From an uncultured Methanosarcinales archaeon (GTDB taxonomy: Archaea; Nanobdellota; Nanobdellia; Woesearchaeales; GW2011-AR4), in NCBI GenBank assembly GCA_964436645.1, contig CAYTDO010000003.1, positions 939-64,938 on the forward strand: a stretch of DNA of 64,000 bases, in the 5' to 3' direction. Of the stretch, positions 9,587 to 18,808 are shown piece by piece; the first letter of the stretch is position 1; each line of letters opens with the position of its first letter. The notes beneath the pieces are model-generated. The model did not search any database and was not told the DNA's origin. It saw nothing but the letters and a program-made list of their open reading frames with translations. The translations under genes were made by a program, and so were the position numbers.

Positions 9587-9784
9587 AATAATTTTTAAAT
9601 CTTTCTAATTTGACTACTTTAGAGTAAAAATTACTCTTCTTCTTCCTGGGCTTCTTCTACAATTTTAGTCTCGTATTCTGCGAGCTTCTTGTGCTTTTGC
9701 ATTGTCTTATAACTTACTGCCATCTTCTTACACCTCTTTTGAACATGCTGCCATAAATAAAGATAATGAATAAAATGATAAAAA

Positions 9785-10219
9785 TTATCCGAGGCCTGTG
9801 CTTCCAAAACCGCCTTCATTCCTGGTTGTCTCGCTTAATTTGCTGACTTCTTCAAATACAGCTTCTTCAACTCTTGCGAAAACAAGCTGGCCAATCTTTT
9901 TTCCCTTCTCGACCTTGTAGTCTTGATTGCTTAAGTTAATCAAAGGAACTTTAATTTCACCCCTATAACAGCTGTCTATGGTTCCAACACAATTCGCATG
10001 GCTTATTCCATGATTGATGGCTAGGCCGCTTTTTGGCCTTATCTGGCCTTCATAACCATAAGGTATTTCGAGTTTTAGGCCTGTAGATATCAGTTTTCTT
10101 TCCATAGGCTTCAATGTGCATTCCTCTGCTGCGTATAAGTCAACACCAGAGTCGCCTTTGTGCGCGTATGAAGGAGTGGGCACGTCTGCAAGCTTCTGTA
10201 TCTTTATTTTTAAGGCCAT
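9785..10219 (-). CDS. dut: dUTP diphosphatase
   Basis: dUTPase motifs AHKGDSGVDLYA, IRPKSGLAI, GTIDSCYRGEI and C-terminal RNEGGFGSTG. Confidence 0.9.
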   Translation of the reverse strand: MALKIKIQKLADVPTPSYAHKGDSGVDLYAAEECTLKPMERKLISTGLKLEIPYGYEGQIRPKSGLAINHGISHANCVGTIDSCYRGEIKVPLINLSNQDYKVEKGKKIGQLVFARVEEAVFEEVSKLSETTRNEGGFGSTGLG

Positions 10220-10307
10220 TTTAAAATTAAGTTATATTTCAAAGGGTCCTATTTAAAGAATGTTAAATTTGAAAGTATATGTTGGAGAATTATGTCGCTC
10301 ATAGAAA

Positions 10308-10500
10308 GGGTTGTTGCGGAAGTCGGTGCTTATGTGTATTTGCCACGCAGACAGCTCCGCAGGATTGGGAAAAGCGACCTGAGCACACTTTAGTGTGCGA
10401 GGTTGAGAGGCACTCAAAAACCAAAAAAGATTTTCGGTTTCCACTGCGTGGACAATGTTAAGGCCCCGCATAAGCACGAATTAGGTTTTCGCAACAATCC
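10308..10500 (+). ncRNA. GC-rich rod-like structured element (candidate ncRNA such as SRP RNA, or a MITE with ~30-bp imperfect terminal inverted repeats)
   Basis: The 5' end GGGTTGTTGCGGAAGTCGGTGCTTATGTG pairs with the 3' end CGCATAAGCAC...GGTTTTCGCAACAATCC. There are nested helices (CCACGCAG/CTGCGTGG) and internal hairpins (GCACACtttaGTGTGC, TTGAGaggcaCTCAA). No credible ORF. GC is far above the local background. Confidence 0.4.
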
Positions 10501-10508
10501 AAATAAAA

Positions 10509-11015
10509 TCAAGAATCTTGCCTGAAATTGAGCAAAGATTCTATATGATAATAGACAATCCTGCCGCTTTCCGCGCTCAGCTTCATGTTTAAGGCATTGA
10601 AAGAATGAGTTATGAGTGTAAGGTTCCAGATATCATCATAAGTATCCAGATTTTGGAGTATTGCAATTGTCTTTGATGCTGTTTCTCCGGGATATTTTTC
10701 TTTCTTGAACCTATTGGCCAGCTCCAAGATATCCTTAAATTCCAGATTTACATTCTCTAAGGATATATGCCTTACTTCTGTCTCTGGCCTTTTGAAGACC
10801 TCGTCTTCCTGCTCCATCCTGATGTTATCTCCATCTACTGTGAAAGAGACCATCTTCTCCTTTGATTTCAAGTAAAAGCCAAATTGCCACGGGTCTTCCG
10901 TTTTTTCTTCAAAAATTTTCAGGGCATATGAGAAAAAGTTTTCCGGATTTTGAGCATTCCATTCCTTGAAAGCGCCGCTTCCCTTTAATTTTTCGAATGT
11001 TTCTTTGAAGTCCAT
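10509..11015 (-). CDS. hypothetical protein (168 aa)
   Basis: Clean ORF with no recognisable motif. Confidence 0.4.
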   Translation of the reverse strand: MDFKETFEKLKGSGAFKEWNAQNPENFFSYALKIFEEKTEDPWQFGFYLKSKEKMVSFTVDGDNIRMEQEDEVFKRPETEVRHISLENVNLEFKDILELANRFKKEKYPGETASKTIAILQNLDTYDDIWNLTLITHSFNALNMKLSAESGRIVYYHIESLLNFRQDS

Positions 11016-11125
11016 AAAATCAAGGCTTATTGTAAAAATTTAAATAAGTTTGCATATTACATAGGGTTTAAATCGTTTAGTTTAGATATCATTAAAACCA
11101 ACAACAAGGGGGAAAACAAAATTAT

Positions 11126-12097
11126 ATGACAATCGCATTAAACATATTCCAGGAGCAGCAGGAGCTAAAGAACAAGAAAAGGCACGATGAGGGCTACCGC
11201 TTAGTTGGCAACCATTCTGCTGTCAAGATATGCGGCTACTGCAAAAAAGCAATAAAAGGCGAGGATGTCTGCTATAAGAATACATTCTACGGCATAGAAA
11301 GCTGGCGATGCGTCCAGATGAGCCCTACATTTTTCTGCGACCATAGATGCGTCTTCTGCTGGAGAGACATTGACTATGTATGGCCTAAATGGCAGGGCCC
11401 TGTTGATGATCCAAAGGATATTGTGGAAGGATGCATAAAGGCGCATGTTGAATTGTTGCAGGGATTCAAGGGAAGCTCTAAAGCTGTTGAAGAAAGGCTA
11501 AAGGAGATGGGAAAGCCGCTGCATTTCGCTATTTCTTTGACAGGAGAGCCAACAATGTATCCAAGGCTTCCGGAATTGATTGATTACATCAAGGAAAAGG
11601 GGATGACGGTTTTTTTAGTGACTAATGGAACCATCCCGGATATGGTTGAAAAACTGGTTGAGCACCAGCCTACTCAGCTGTATATCAGTACGTATGGAAG
11701 CAACAAGGAGATGCACCAAAGGACTGCCAATCCAATAACAAAAGATGCCTGGGAGAAATTAAACATGAGCTTATCCATGATTAATAAGTTCAAGAGAAAT
11801 GTCATGAGATTGACTTTGGTAAGAGGATTTAATTTCATGGATCCGGAAGGATATGCAAGATTAATTGAGCAGCATAAGCCTATGTTTGTGGAGGCCAAAG
11901 GGTTTAGTTATGTTGGGCACAGCCAGGAAAGATTAGAGGTAAATAATATGCCTTACCATCATGAAATCCTTGAGTTTGCAAAAAAAATAGAGGAGAATTC
12001 TTCATATAAGATTGTTGACAGCAAGCCGGAGAGCAAGGTAGCTTTATTGGCCAGGGAAGAATTTAAGGAGAGGAGAATGGATTTTGAGGGGTTGTGA
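11126..12097 (+). CDS. taw1: radical SAM tRNA 4-demethylwyosine synthase (TYW1/Taw1)
   Basis: Radical SAM cluster CDHRCVFCWR and a second upstream Cys cluster (CGYC...C). Size and layout are typical of archaeal Taw1. Confidence 0.7.
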   Translation: MTIALNIFQEQQELKNKKRHDEGYRLVGNHSAVKICGYCKKAIKGEDVCYKNTFYGIESWRCVQMSPTFFCDHRCVFCWRDIDYVWPKWQGPVDDPKDIVEGCIKAHVELLQGFKGSSKAVEERLKEMGKPLHFAISLTGEPTMYPRLPELIDYIKEKGMTVFLVTNGTIPDMVEKLVEHQPTQLYISTYGSNKEMHQRTANPITKDAWEKLNMSLSMINKFKRNVMRLTLVRGFNFMDPEGYARLIEQHKPMFVEAKGFSYVGHSQERLEVNNMPYHHEILEFAKKIEENSSYKIVDSKPESKVALLAREEFKERRMDFEGL

Positions 12098-12301
12098 TCT
12101 TTTTAAGTTTGATTAATTTTTTATATTTTAAAACAGCCTATTCAAGAATTATTCCTGACAATGCTGCTGTAAGACTGGTTGTTGAATGCTGCTTGCAATC
12201 TTTCTCTTCTTACTTGGCTCCAATCAGCACCTAAAGGCATTCTTTCGCCAGTTACTATATTTACATATTTTTGCTTAAGAACTCTTAATAAAAGCTCAAA
12301 A

Positions 12302-12670
12302 ATGATGAAATTTGGCAGCTCTATATTGTATTACCTCATAGAGGAGTTAGAAGACTTGGGAGACGAGTTTAAAGCGATTGGAGCCATTCTTGCGAAAAAC
12401 AAGCCGGACAAAGATGTCCTTGATATCATTGCAAAATTGAATGAATTGTTCAGGATTAGCTACGAATTCTTTTATGAGCCGAAGAAAGACAAGGCTGTGC
12501 GCGCATTTAAAATGAATCAGGAAATTAAATCCTTAATAGATAACGTAGTTGATAAGAAAAATAAGGATATGGTTAAAGTGTTAATCGGGCTGGAATTATC
12601 CAACAGAATAGTTTACCATCTGACAACAATGCGGCTTGATACTCTAAAGGAATTGTCAGGGAATATGTGA
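12302..12670 (+). CDS. hypothetical helical protein (122 aa)
   Basis: The ORF 12179-12670 begins at an unlikely start. The internal MMKFG start is preferred. No family recognised. Confidence 0.35.
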   Translation: MMKFGSSILYYLIEELEDLGDEFKAIGAILAKNKPDKDVLDIIAKLNELFRISYEFFYEPKKDKAVRAFKMNQEIKSLIDNVVDKKNKDMVKVLIGLELSNRIVYHLTTMRLDTLKELSGNM

Positions 12671-12730
12671 TTTCACAAAAACTCCGAAAGCATGCCTGCC
12701 TAGATGGCTTCATCGTTTGGGCTATTATTG

Positions 12731-12853
12731 GAATTTTACGCTCGCTCAATAGCTCGCATCACGCTCGAAAATCGTAGATTTTCGGTGTCCTGGAAATCTT
12801 TGATTTCCATGATTTTTGCCATTAAATGGGCGGAGGCACATTTTTTCCGCGCT
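12731..12853. repeat. ~125-bp hairpin-rich intergenic repeat, copy 1 of 3
   Basis: Shares gctcgcatcac...cgaaaatcgtagattttcg...ggaaatctttgatttcc...gccattaaatgggcggaggc...ttccgcgct with copies at 21204-21306 and 49867-49989. Three internal stem-loops. Confidence 0.65.
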
Positions 12854-12904
12854 TAATGCAGTAGCTGACAGAACTGAGTTTATTGCTACGGACTAATTTA
12901 GCAG

Positions 12905-13507
12905 TTATATCTCTATTATTTTTCCGTATGGGCCCGGATTTATTATTCTTGTCTTGTTTATCTTGTCTTCTTTCCCGAAGTTTTCATGCAGATGCCCGCA
13001 AATATGCAAGTCAACTTTATTTTTGGATATAAAGTTCCTTAAGGTCTTATTGCCGCAATGGCTTGTTACAATTAAATCCAGTTTTGTTCCGTATGGCGGG
13101 GCATGAGTTATAAATATTATTTTCTTAGCTTTGTTTTTCCTTATTATTTTGGCAAAGTTCTCCCCTATTCTGTAAAAGACTGGCTCTATCAAAGCAAATC
13201 CTGAGCCGCCATATCCCAAGAAGAGATATCCATTATGCCTGTATTGCTTTTTATGGATAAAGATTAAGTTTTTGTATTTTTTGCAAAGCCTTTTCATTAC
13301 GCTTCCGGTTTCATGATTTCCATGTATTAACAGTGTTTTTACGTTAAAGCTGTTTAATTTGCTTAGGATAAAATCGAGTCCGTGCTCAAATATTGTAAGG
13401 TCGCCAGCGCTTATTAATAAATCGGGCTTCTGCCTTTTTGCCTTTGACTTTATTTTTTTGAATGCTACTGAAGATAGGTGCAGATCGGTAAAGGCCAGGA
13501 GCTTCAT
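12905..13507 (-). CDS. metallophosphoesterase (calcineurin-like phosphoesterase)
   Basis: Motifs AFTDLH, ISAGDL, IHGNHE, GHLHE. Confidence 0.75.
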   Translation of the reverse strand: MKLLAFTDLHLSSVAFKKIKSKAKRQKPDLLISAGDLTIFEHGLDFILSKLNSFNVKTLLIHGNHETGSVMKRLCKKYKNLIFIHKKQYRHNGYLFLGYGGSGFALIEPVFYRIGENFAKIIRKNKAKKIIFITHAPPYGTKLDLIVTSHCGNKTLRNFISKNKVDLHICGHLHENFGKEDKINKTRIINPGPYGKIIEI

Positions 13508-13595
13508 TTTTTGAAATTTGGATTATAACTATTTAAATTTGTGTTTTTTGATAAAATTATAATAGGTTTTTAAATATACTAACATTACCAATCTT

Positions 13596-14579
13596 ATGAT
13601 TTCGAATATTTCTAGACCAGATGTGGTATTGATTGGAGTTATAAACCATGGTATTTCTTATCCATATTCTGAGCCCGAAACTGAGAAAAATAGTTGGGTG
13701 GACTACATCAGCTATGAGGCTGGTGGTCGAGTTTCAATAACGGCAACAGCACTTTCAAAGATGGGAGTACGGCCTTTGGTTGTAGGGTCAATTGGAGATG
13801 ATGATATAGGAGAAATAGTAAAGGCCCAGTTAAGAAGAAATGGAGTTGATTTTTCATTTGAAGTGCACAAAGGAGTAACAACTGATGCCGTTCTTTCTGA
13901 AGAATTTGCAGATGGAACTAAACGGCATAGGTCGACTGGCAATAGTGCCAGACTTTTAACTCCTGGTTACTTATCAGAGATGGAAGAAACTATTTACAAT
14001 GCTAAAGCAGTAATGTTTGCAGGTTATGAAAGAATGGAGCTTGTGAGAAAGCACATGGCCGATATTTTTGAACGATCAAGGAAAAAAGGGGTGGTTACCC
14101 TTATTGATTTAATTCCTTCCGAGGCTGAGGAAGCCCTTTTTTCCCAAATGAGAGGGCAAATTTTTCCAAATCTTGATGTGCTTTGCCTTAACTCTTACCA
14201 ACTTACTGATATTGGAAGGCGAGATTACCACGCGACAAAAAGAACTGGAGATGGGGCAACCAAGGAAGAGCTATTGTACTACGCTGCAAGACTATTAGAC
14301 GAGGGCATTAAGATGATAAATCTCCATTGGGGGAAGAATGGAACGATAATAGCAAGGAAAGGCAAAAACGTTCATGCCTTGCCACCTAAAGCTAAAAAAA
14401 TCGTCCTGTCAAACGGCACAGGAGATGTTCAGAATGCCGGTGTTATAAAATCAATTTTAGATGGAAAGGACGATCTTGAAACTGCTCGATTTGCAAATGC
14501 TGTTGGTGCATTGCGAGTTATGGGGAATAAGTATCCAGATTTGGATGAAATAGAACAGCTAGTTAAAGGAACTTATTAA
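13596..14579 (+). CDS. PfkB-family carbohydrate/nucleoside kinase (ribokinase-like)
   Basis: N-terminal GG-type substrate lid (EAGGRVSITATALSKMG) and a C-terminal anion-hole motif SNGTGDVQNAGV resembling the PfkB DTxGAGD motif. Confidence 0.6.
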   Translation: MISNISRPDVVLIGVINHGISYPYSEPETEKNSWVDYISYEAGGRVSITATALSKMGVRPLVVGSIGDDDIGEIVKAQLRRNGVDFSFEVHKGVTTDAVLSEEFADGTKRHRSTGNSARLLTPGYLSEMEETIYNAKAVMFAGYERMELVRKHMADIFERSRKKGVVTLIDLIPSEAEEALFSQMRGQIFPNLDVLCLNSYQLTDIGRRDYHATKRTGDGATKEELLYYAARLLDEGIKMINLHWGKNGTIIARKGKNVHALPPKAKKIVLSNGTGDVQNAGVIKSILDGKDDLETARFANAVGALRVMGNKYPDLDEIEQLVKGTY

Positions 14580-14589
14580 TTTTTAAAAA

Positions 14590-15819
14590 TCAAACCGAAT
14601 AATAATCCTCCAGCACAACCCTATCCACATTCTCAACATCTTTTACAACATAAAGCCTTCCGTGGCCCAATTCAACAAGCTTCTCAGCAAACTTCTTTCC
14701 TTTTTCGTTTAGGTTTATCCCAATTAAGGATATTGTAATGCCTTTGTTCCTGGCTACAGAAGCTTCTTTTAATGCATCTTCTTCCGGGGATTCTCCAGTT
14801 GTAGGCAAGGCATCTGTTATAAGTATCAGATGTTTTGTGACGTCTTCATTCGGAAATATTTCAATTGCTTTTCTTAAAGTAGATACTAAATCCGTTTCCC
14901 TGGAAGCCTTGGCCATAGTAATGCTTCTCAAAAGGTAAGCGAAATCGTGGGTTGGCTCTACTACTGTTCTGATTTCCGAGCCAAAAACTATCAAGCCTAC
15001 TTTGTCCCTTTCGCTTATTGCCTTGTAGGCCAGCGCAATTCCGGCGCGCTTGCATGCATCTATCTTGTTTCCTTTCATGCTTCCGGAGGAGTCTAAGGCG
15101 TAAATAATGTAGCTTTGGCCCCTTGATTGGCGCTCAAAAACCCTAAGGTCTTGCTCCTCCAACGATTTATGGCCTCTTCTTATCGCAACTTTTACGGATT
15201 GCTTTATTGCTATGTCCTTGTAACGGTCGCCTTTCTTGTAAAATTTTGTATCTTCCTTTGCGCCATAGGCGGAGATTTTTTTATGCAGCTTCTCGCCGAA
15301 AAGCCCTTTGGGAGTTATCTTATCAAGCTCCTCAAAATACATGACTAAAGAAGCTAATTCAATCCCTTTTTCTGTTATAAAACCGTCTTTACTGAGCAGG
15401 CCGTCTTCTTTTAACTTTTCCGTGGTTTTTTCAATCTTGAATTTGAGCTCTCTTTGAAATTCAGGAATTGTAATATTTTTCTTTATGTAGTCTGGATTGT
15501 AGCCAGTAGCTAATTTCAATAATGAAGGCCCGTAAATATGCTCGGCCATCGAATAATTCCTTACCATCTGCTGGTACATCAGGTCAGGAGTAAAAGAATT
15601 AAGGCCTTGGTTTATAGAATCACGAAGCAGCTTTCCCTTGTCTATAGCATCCTTATCATTCTCAAGAACTGAGTGCATCAGTTTTTTTTCTTCCTGCTGG
15701 GAAGAAAGTTTTCCAGTCAGCTCCTCTACAAAATCTTTTTCACTAATGTCCTGCTGCCTGTCAAAGTAAATCGCCACTTTTATCTTCTGAAAGCTCACTC
15801 CCAGATATATTCTTCTCAA
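14590..15819 (-). CDS. von Willebrand factor A (VWA) domain protein, partner of the adjacent MoxR-like ATPase
   Basis: MIDAS-containing VWA core YIIYALDSSGSMKGNKIDACKRAG...LIVFGSE. The first ATG overlaps the upstream ATPase by about 58 nt, so the true start may be internal. Confidence 0.65.
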   Translation of the reverse strand: MRRIYLGVSFQKIKVAIYFDRQQDISEKDFVEELTGKLSSQQEEKKLMHSVLENDKDAIDKGKLLRDSINQGLNSFTPDLMYQQMVRNYSMAEHIYGPSLLKLATGYNPDYIKKNITIPEFQRELKFKIEKTTEKLKEDGLLSKDGFITEKGIELASLVMYFEELDKITPKGLFGEKLHKKISAYGAKEDTKFYKKGDRYKDIAIKQSVKVAIRRGHKSLEEQDLRVFERQSRGQSYIIYALDSSGSMKGNKIDACKRAGIALAYKAISERDKVGLIVFGSEIRTVVEPTHDFAYLLRSITMAKASRETDLVSTLRKAIEIFPNEDVTKHLILITDALPTTGESPEEDALKEASVARNKGITISLIGINLNEKGKKFAEKLVELGHGRLYVVKDVENVDRVVLEDYYSV

Positions 15820-16693
15820 ATTGCATCCTGATATAATCTTCAGGTGTTTGCAGGTATTTTATAGAAGGCTTTAATCTTATCCTATGCGCTAGTACAGAGA
15901 TAACTGCGCCTTTCACGTCTTCAAGACTTACTGTTTTTCTTCCCCTTAACAGGGCATTTGATTGCGATCTTTCGTATAATCCCAGAGACGCCCTTACAGA
16001 TGGTTTTTTCTCAAGATTTTTGTCTTCTCTTAACATTCGTACAAAGTATATCATTGCTGTCAGGAGCTTATCGCCTATGCTTATGCCATCCAATTTTATG
16101 CCTTTTTTTGCCACAATCTGCTTTTCAAAATCTATTGTTTCAGGATAATGCATGTATACTAAATCAAACCTGTCTAATAAAACATCAGAAAGTTTCTCTG
16201 TTGAGGTATCTTCAGGGTTCATTGTTCCTATAAATATTAAGTCAATGTCAAAGTCAACATCATAGCTGCCAATAGTTGCTTTTTTTTCCTCTAAAACCTG
16301 CAATAAAGAGTTTTGGACTTTTTCAGGGCACCTGTTTAATTCGTCAAAAAACAAAATGCCTTTATCAGCTTTGAATATTTTTCCCTTGGTAAAGGCTTCA
16401 ATGCTTAAAGGGCCGTATTTTAATGCCTTAATCGGATCTATGTCGCCCAATAAGTCCTCAACAGTTAAGTCCGGGCTTCCCTGGACCCTGACAAAGGGAG
16501 TTTTTTTGCCAAGAATATCTGCAACATTTTTTGCCAATGTTGTCTTTCCTATTCCGGGAGAGCCTACAAGGATTATATGCCTTCCCGCCAATAATGCGGA
16601 TTTTACAGATTCCTTTACTGAATCCTGGCCTATTATGTCAGGGAAAGATTCTTTTTGGTCCAATAATGATTTTGCCAGGTCTTTTGATATCAT
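15761..16693 (-). CDS. AAA+ ATPase, MoxR / ChlI-BchI family
   Basis: Walker A ILVGSPGIGKTTLAK, Walker B ILFFDELNRC, sensor motifs, and the MoxR-type C-terminus. Confidence 0.8.
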   Translation of the reverse strand: MISKDLAKSLLDQKESFPDIIGQDSVKESVKSALLAGRHIILVGSPGIGKTTLAKNVADILGKKTPFVRVQGSPDLTVEDLLGDIDPIKALKYGPLSIEAFTKGKIFKADKGILFFDELNRCPEKVQNSLLQVLEEKKATIGSYDVDFDIDLIFIGTMNPEDTSTEKLSDVLLDRFDLVYMHYPETIDFEKQIVAKKGIKLDGISIGDKLLTAMIYFVRMLREDKNLEKKPSVRASLGLYERSQSNALLRGRKTVSLEDVKGAVISVLAHRIRLKPSIKYLQTPEDYIRMQFEKNISGSELSEDKSGDLL

Positions 16694-16965
16694 TTTTAAA
16701 GGTTCAAGGTAAGGGCTGAAGTTTTATAAAGGTTTGTTTTAAATAATTGGGCTAGGCATTTTTCAATAAATAACGATCATTAACGAAAAATCCAATAATT
16801 AAAAACATATTAAACAAAAACTCAGTTATAACAATAAGCCTCATTAGAGAATAAAAACACATTAAGAATAATAAAAGGCAATAATAAAAATAAATTTTAA
16901 AAAATAATAAATAAAAATAAATTAAAAATCATAGTAAAGGCAATTTTTATTCAAAAAACCAAAAA

Positions 16966-17550
16966 CTATCCCTTAAACTTCCCTGCCATCACTATTTCCT
17001 TCAATGGCTTTCTTTGAGAAGGTGTTTCTTTTTCCTGGAGCTCTTTTGACAGGCTTTCTTTTCCGCCTTTTTTGCCTATCACAATCATGGCTTCCACTGC
17101 ATAGCTGTCAGGAACTTCAAGATCCTTTTTCGCTTTTTCGTAATCAAAGCCCTGCATGCCATGCGCTACAAGCCCCATGGTCTCTGCCTGCAAGGCAATG
17201 TTTTCCCATGCAGATCCAGTATCGAAGCTGTGGGTTATAGAAGGCTGATTGTTATGGTCGAATGTTTTTTTGGATATTGCCAAAATCAACACTGCGGCAT
17301 TTTTTGCCCATGATTGATTGAATTCTACCATCAGATTAAATATAGTATCCCAATGCTGAGTATCTCTTTTCGCGTAAATAAAGCGCCAGGGCTGGTTGTT
17401 ATAGGATGACGGGGCCCATCTTGCAGCCTCAAATAAAGTCATCAGCTCTTCATCTGCTATTGTCTCTCCACTCATTGCCCTCGGAGACCATCTATTTGAT
17501 ATTAGTGGGTTAATATCATAATCTGGTTTCCTATTAGTAACGTTTTCCAT
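16966..17550 (-). CDS. nitroreductase-family NAD(P)H-flavin oxidoreductase
   Basis: RWSPRAMSGE...LFEAARWAPSSYNNQPWRFIY matches nitroreductase FMN-binding motifs. Confidence 0.8.
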   Translation of the reverse strand: MENVTNRKPDYDINPLISNRWSPRAMSGETIADEELMTLFEAARWAPSSYNNQPWRFIYAKRDTQHWDTIFNLMVEFNQSWAKNAAVLILAISKKTFDHNNQPSITHSFDTGSAWENIALQAETMGLVAHGMQGFDYEKAKKDLEVPDSYAVEAMIVIGKKGGKESLSKELQEKETPSQRKPLKEIVMAGKFKG

Positions 17551-17628
17551 TTTCTAATCACCTGTCAAAAGAATTGTTGCCAGATTAATAAACCTTGCCA
17601 TAATATATTATTAAGATTTAAAAATAAT

Positions 17629-18795
17629 TTAGAAAAGCCTCAAAAACCAGATAGTGGCGCCTGCTACCAAAGGTATCACCAGATTGTCATCAACTTCCTC
17701 TGCTCCAATCTTTAACTCGATGCCTTCTGCAATCATAGCTATTAATGATGCTATTAATGCTTCAGTCCATGATACAAAAAATAATGCGCCTAAAAATCCT
17801 GCAAGTATCCCTGCAATAGTTCCTTCTATGAATTTTTTGTCTGTCAGGGGATGCTTTATCTTGCCGAACTTCACTCCAAATATATGGCTGGTAGAGTCTC
17901 CAAGCGCAAGAATAATTATAGAGGCCAATGCTATATCTGGGGGAAACAACATTATTGATAAAAATGCGCCAACCAGGTAGAATAAAAGCCCTTTTGCGAC
18001 AAAGCCCTTGAGATGCTTTTCCCTCTCGAACACTGTAAGCATCGGATATATTATTGGCAGACGGTACTTTTTGCTGAACATCGAAAGCATGATGACTGCG
18101 ATTATCAAAAATACCAATTCAATTTTTCCAAGAACTTTTAGTTTTATCAGTGCTACCAGAACTATTCCCAGGACAGTATGGAAAGCCTTGCGCCTGAATT
18201 CAAATTCCTTTATCATCATTTCAAATTCTTTCGGAGTCATCGATTCTTTCTTCTCTTCCAAGTATATCATGAAAGCTCCTATAAAATAACCAAAGAGCGC
18301 TCCTGCAACTATGTCGCTAAAATAATGAAGGCCCAAATATAATCTGCTGGAGGAATATAACAAAGCGAAGGAAATCCATGCAATTTTAAGCCTTGGCAGG
18401 CTTTTATTTAGTATAGCCAATATGGAAAATGCAGCCATTGCATGCATGCTGGGGAAGGAATAGCTGATTATGTTCAAGAAAGTGTATAAAATTTCGCCGG
18501 ACGGCCTGGGGCGCAATACAATCAGCTTCAATAAGAAGGCTAAAACTAAAGAGATTATGAATGATGCCCATAAATATCCAACCCATTTTCTTTTTTTGCT
18601 GTCGAAAAAAAGCAATATTGTTGCGATGCCCATTACTGCTGCCATGACTGCTGGATTGGTGATTATGCCAAAAGCTGCATCAAAAAATGAATTGTTAATG
18701 TAGGATGCCAGATTAAAGGCATATTCATCCAAGAATAAAGATATGATTATGCCCAGCGAGACTGCAATCAATACCAGGGTATTTCTTTTTTCCAT
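17629..18795 (-). CDS. polytopic membrane protein: N-terminal PAP2 phosphatase domain fused to a C-terminal dolichol-kinase / CTP-transferase-like domain
   Basis: PAP2 motifs LRPRP (KX6RP), SFPSMHA (PSGH) and SSSRLYLGLHYFSDIV (SRX5HX3D). The C-terminal half (GDSTSHIFGVKFGKIKHPL...KFIEGTIAG) resembles dolichol kinase / CarS-type CTP-dependent enzymes. Confidence 0.55.
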   Translation of the reverse strand: MEKRNTLVLIAVSLGIIISLFLDEYAFNLASYINNSFFDAAFGIITNPAVMAAVMGIATILLFFDSKKRKWVGYLWASFIISLVLAFLLKLIVLRPRPSGEILYTFLNIISYSFPSMHAMAAFSILAILNKSLPRLKIAWISFALLYSSSRLYLGLHYFSDIVAGALFGYFIGAFMIYLEEKKESMTPKEFEMMIKEFEFRRKAFHTVLGIVLVALIKLKVLGKIELVFLIIAVIMLSMFSKKYRLPIIYPMLTVFEREKHLKGFVAKGLLFYLVGAFLSIMLFPPDIALASIIILALGDSTSHIFGVKFGKIKHPLTDKKFIEGTIAGILAGFLGALFFVSWTEALIASLIAMIAEGIELKIGAEEVDDNLVIPLVAGATIWFLRLF

Positions 18796-18808
18796 GGATT
18801 AGTTATTT

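Noticed and set aside
9631-9819. 62-aa minus-strand ORF, or a 30-aa acidic ORF from the internal Met at 9723
   Set aside because: The long form overlaps the dut 3' end. The short form is too small to assess and has no recognisable motif.
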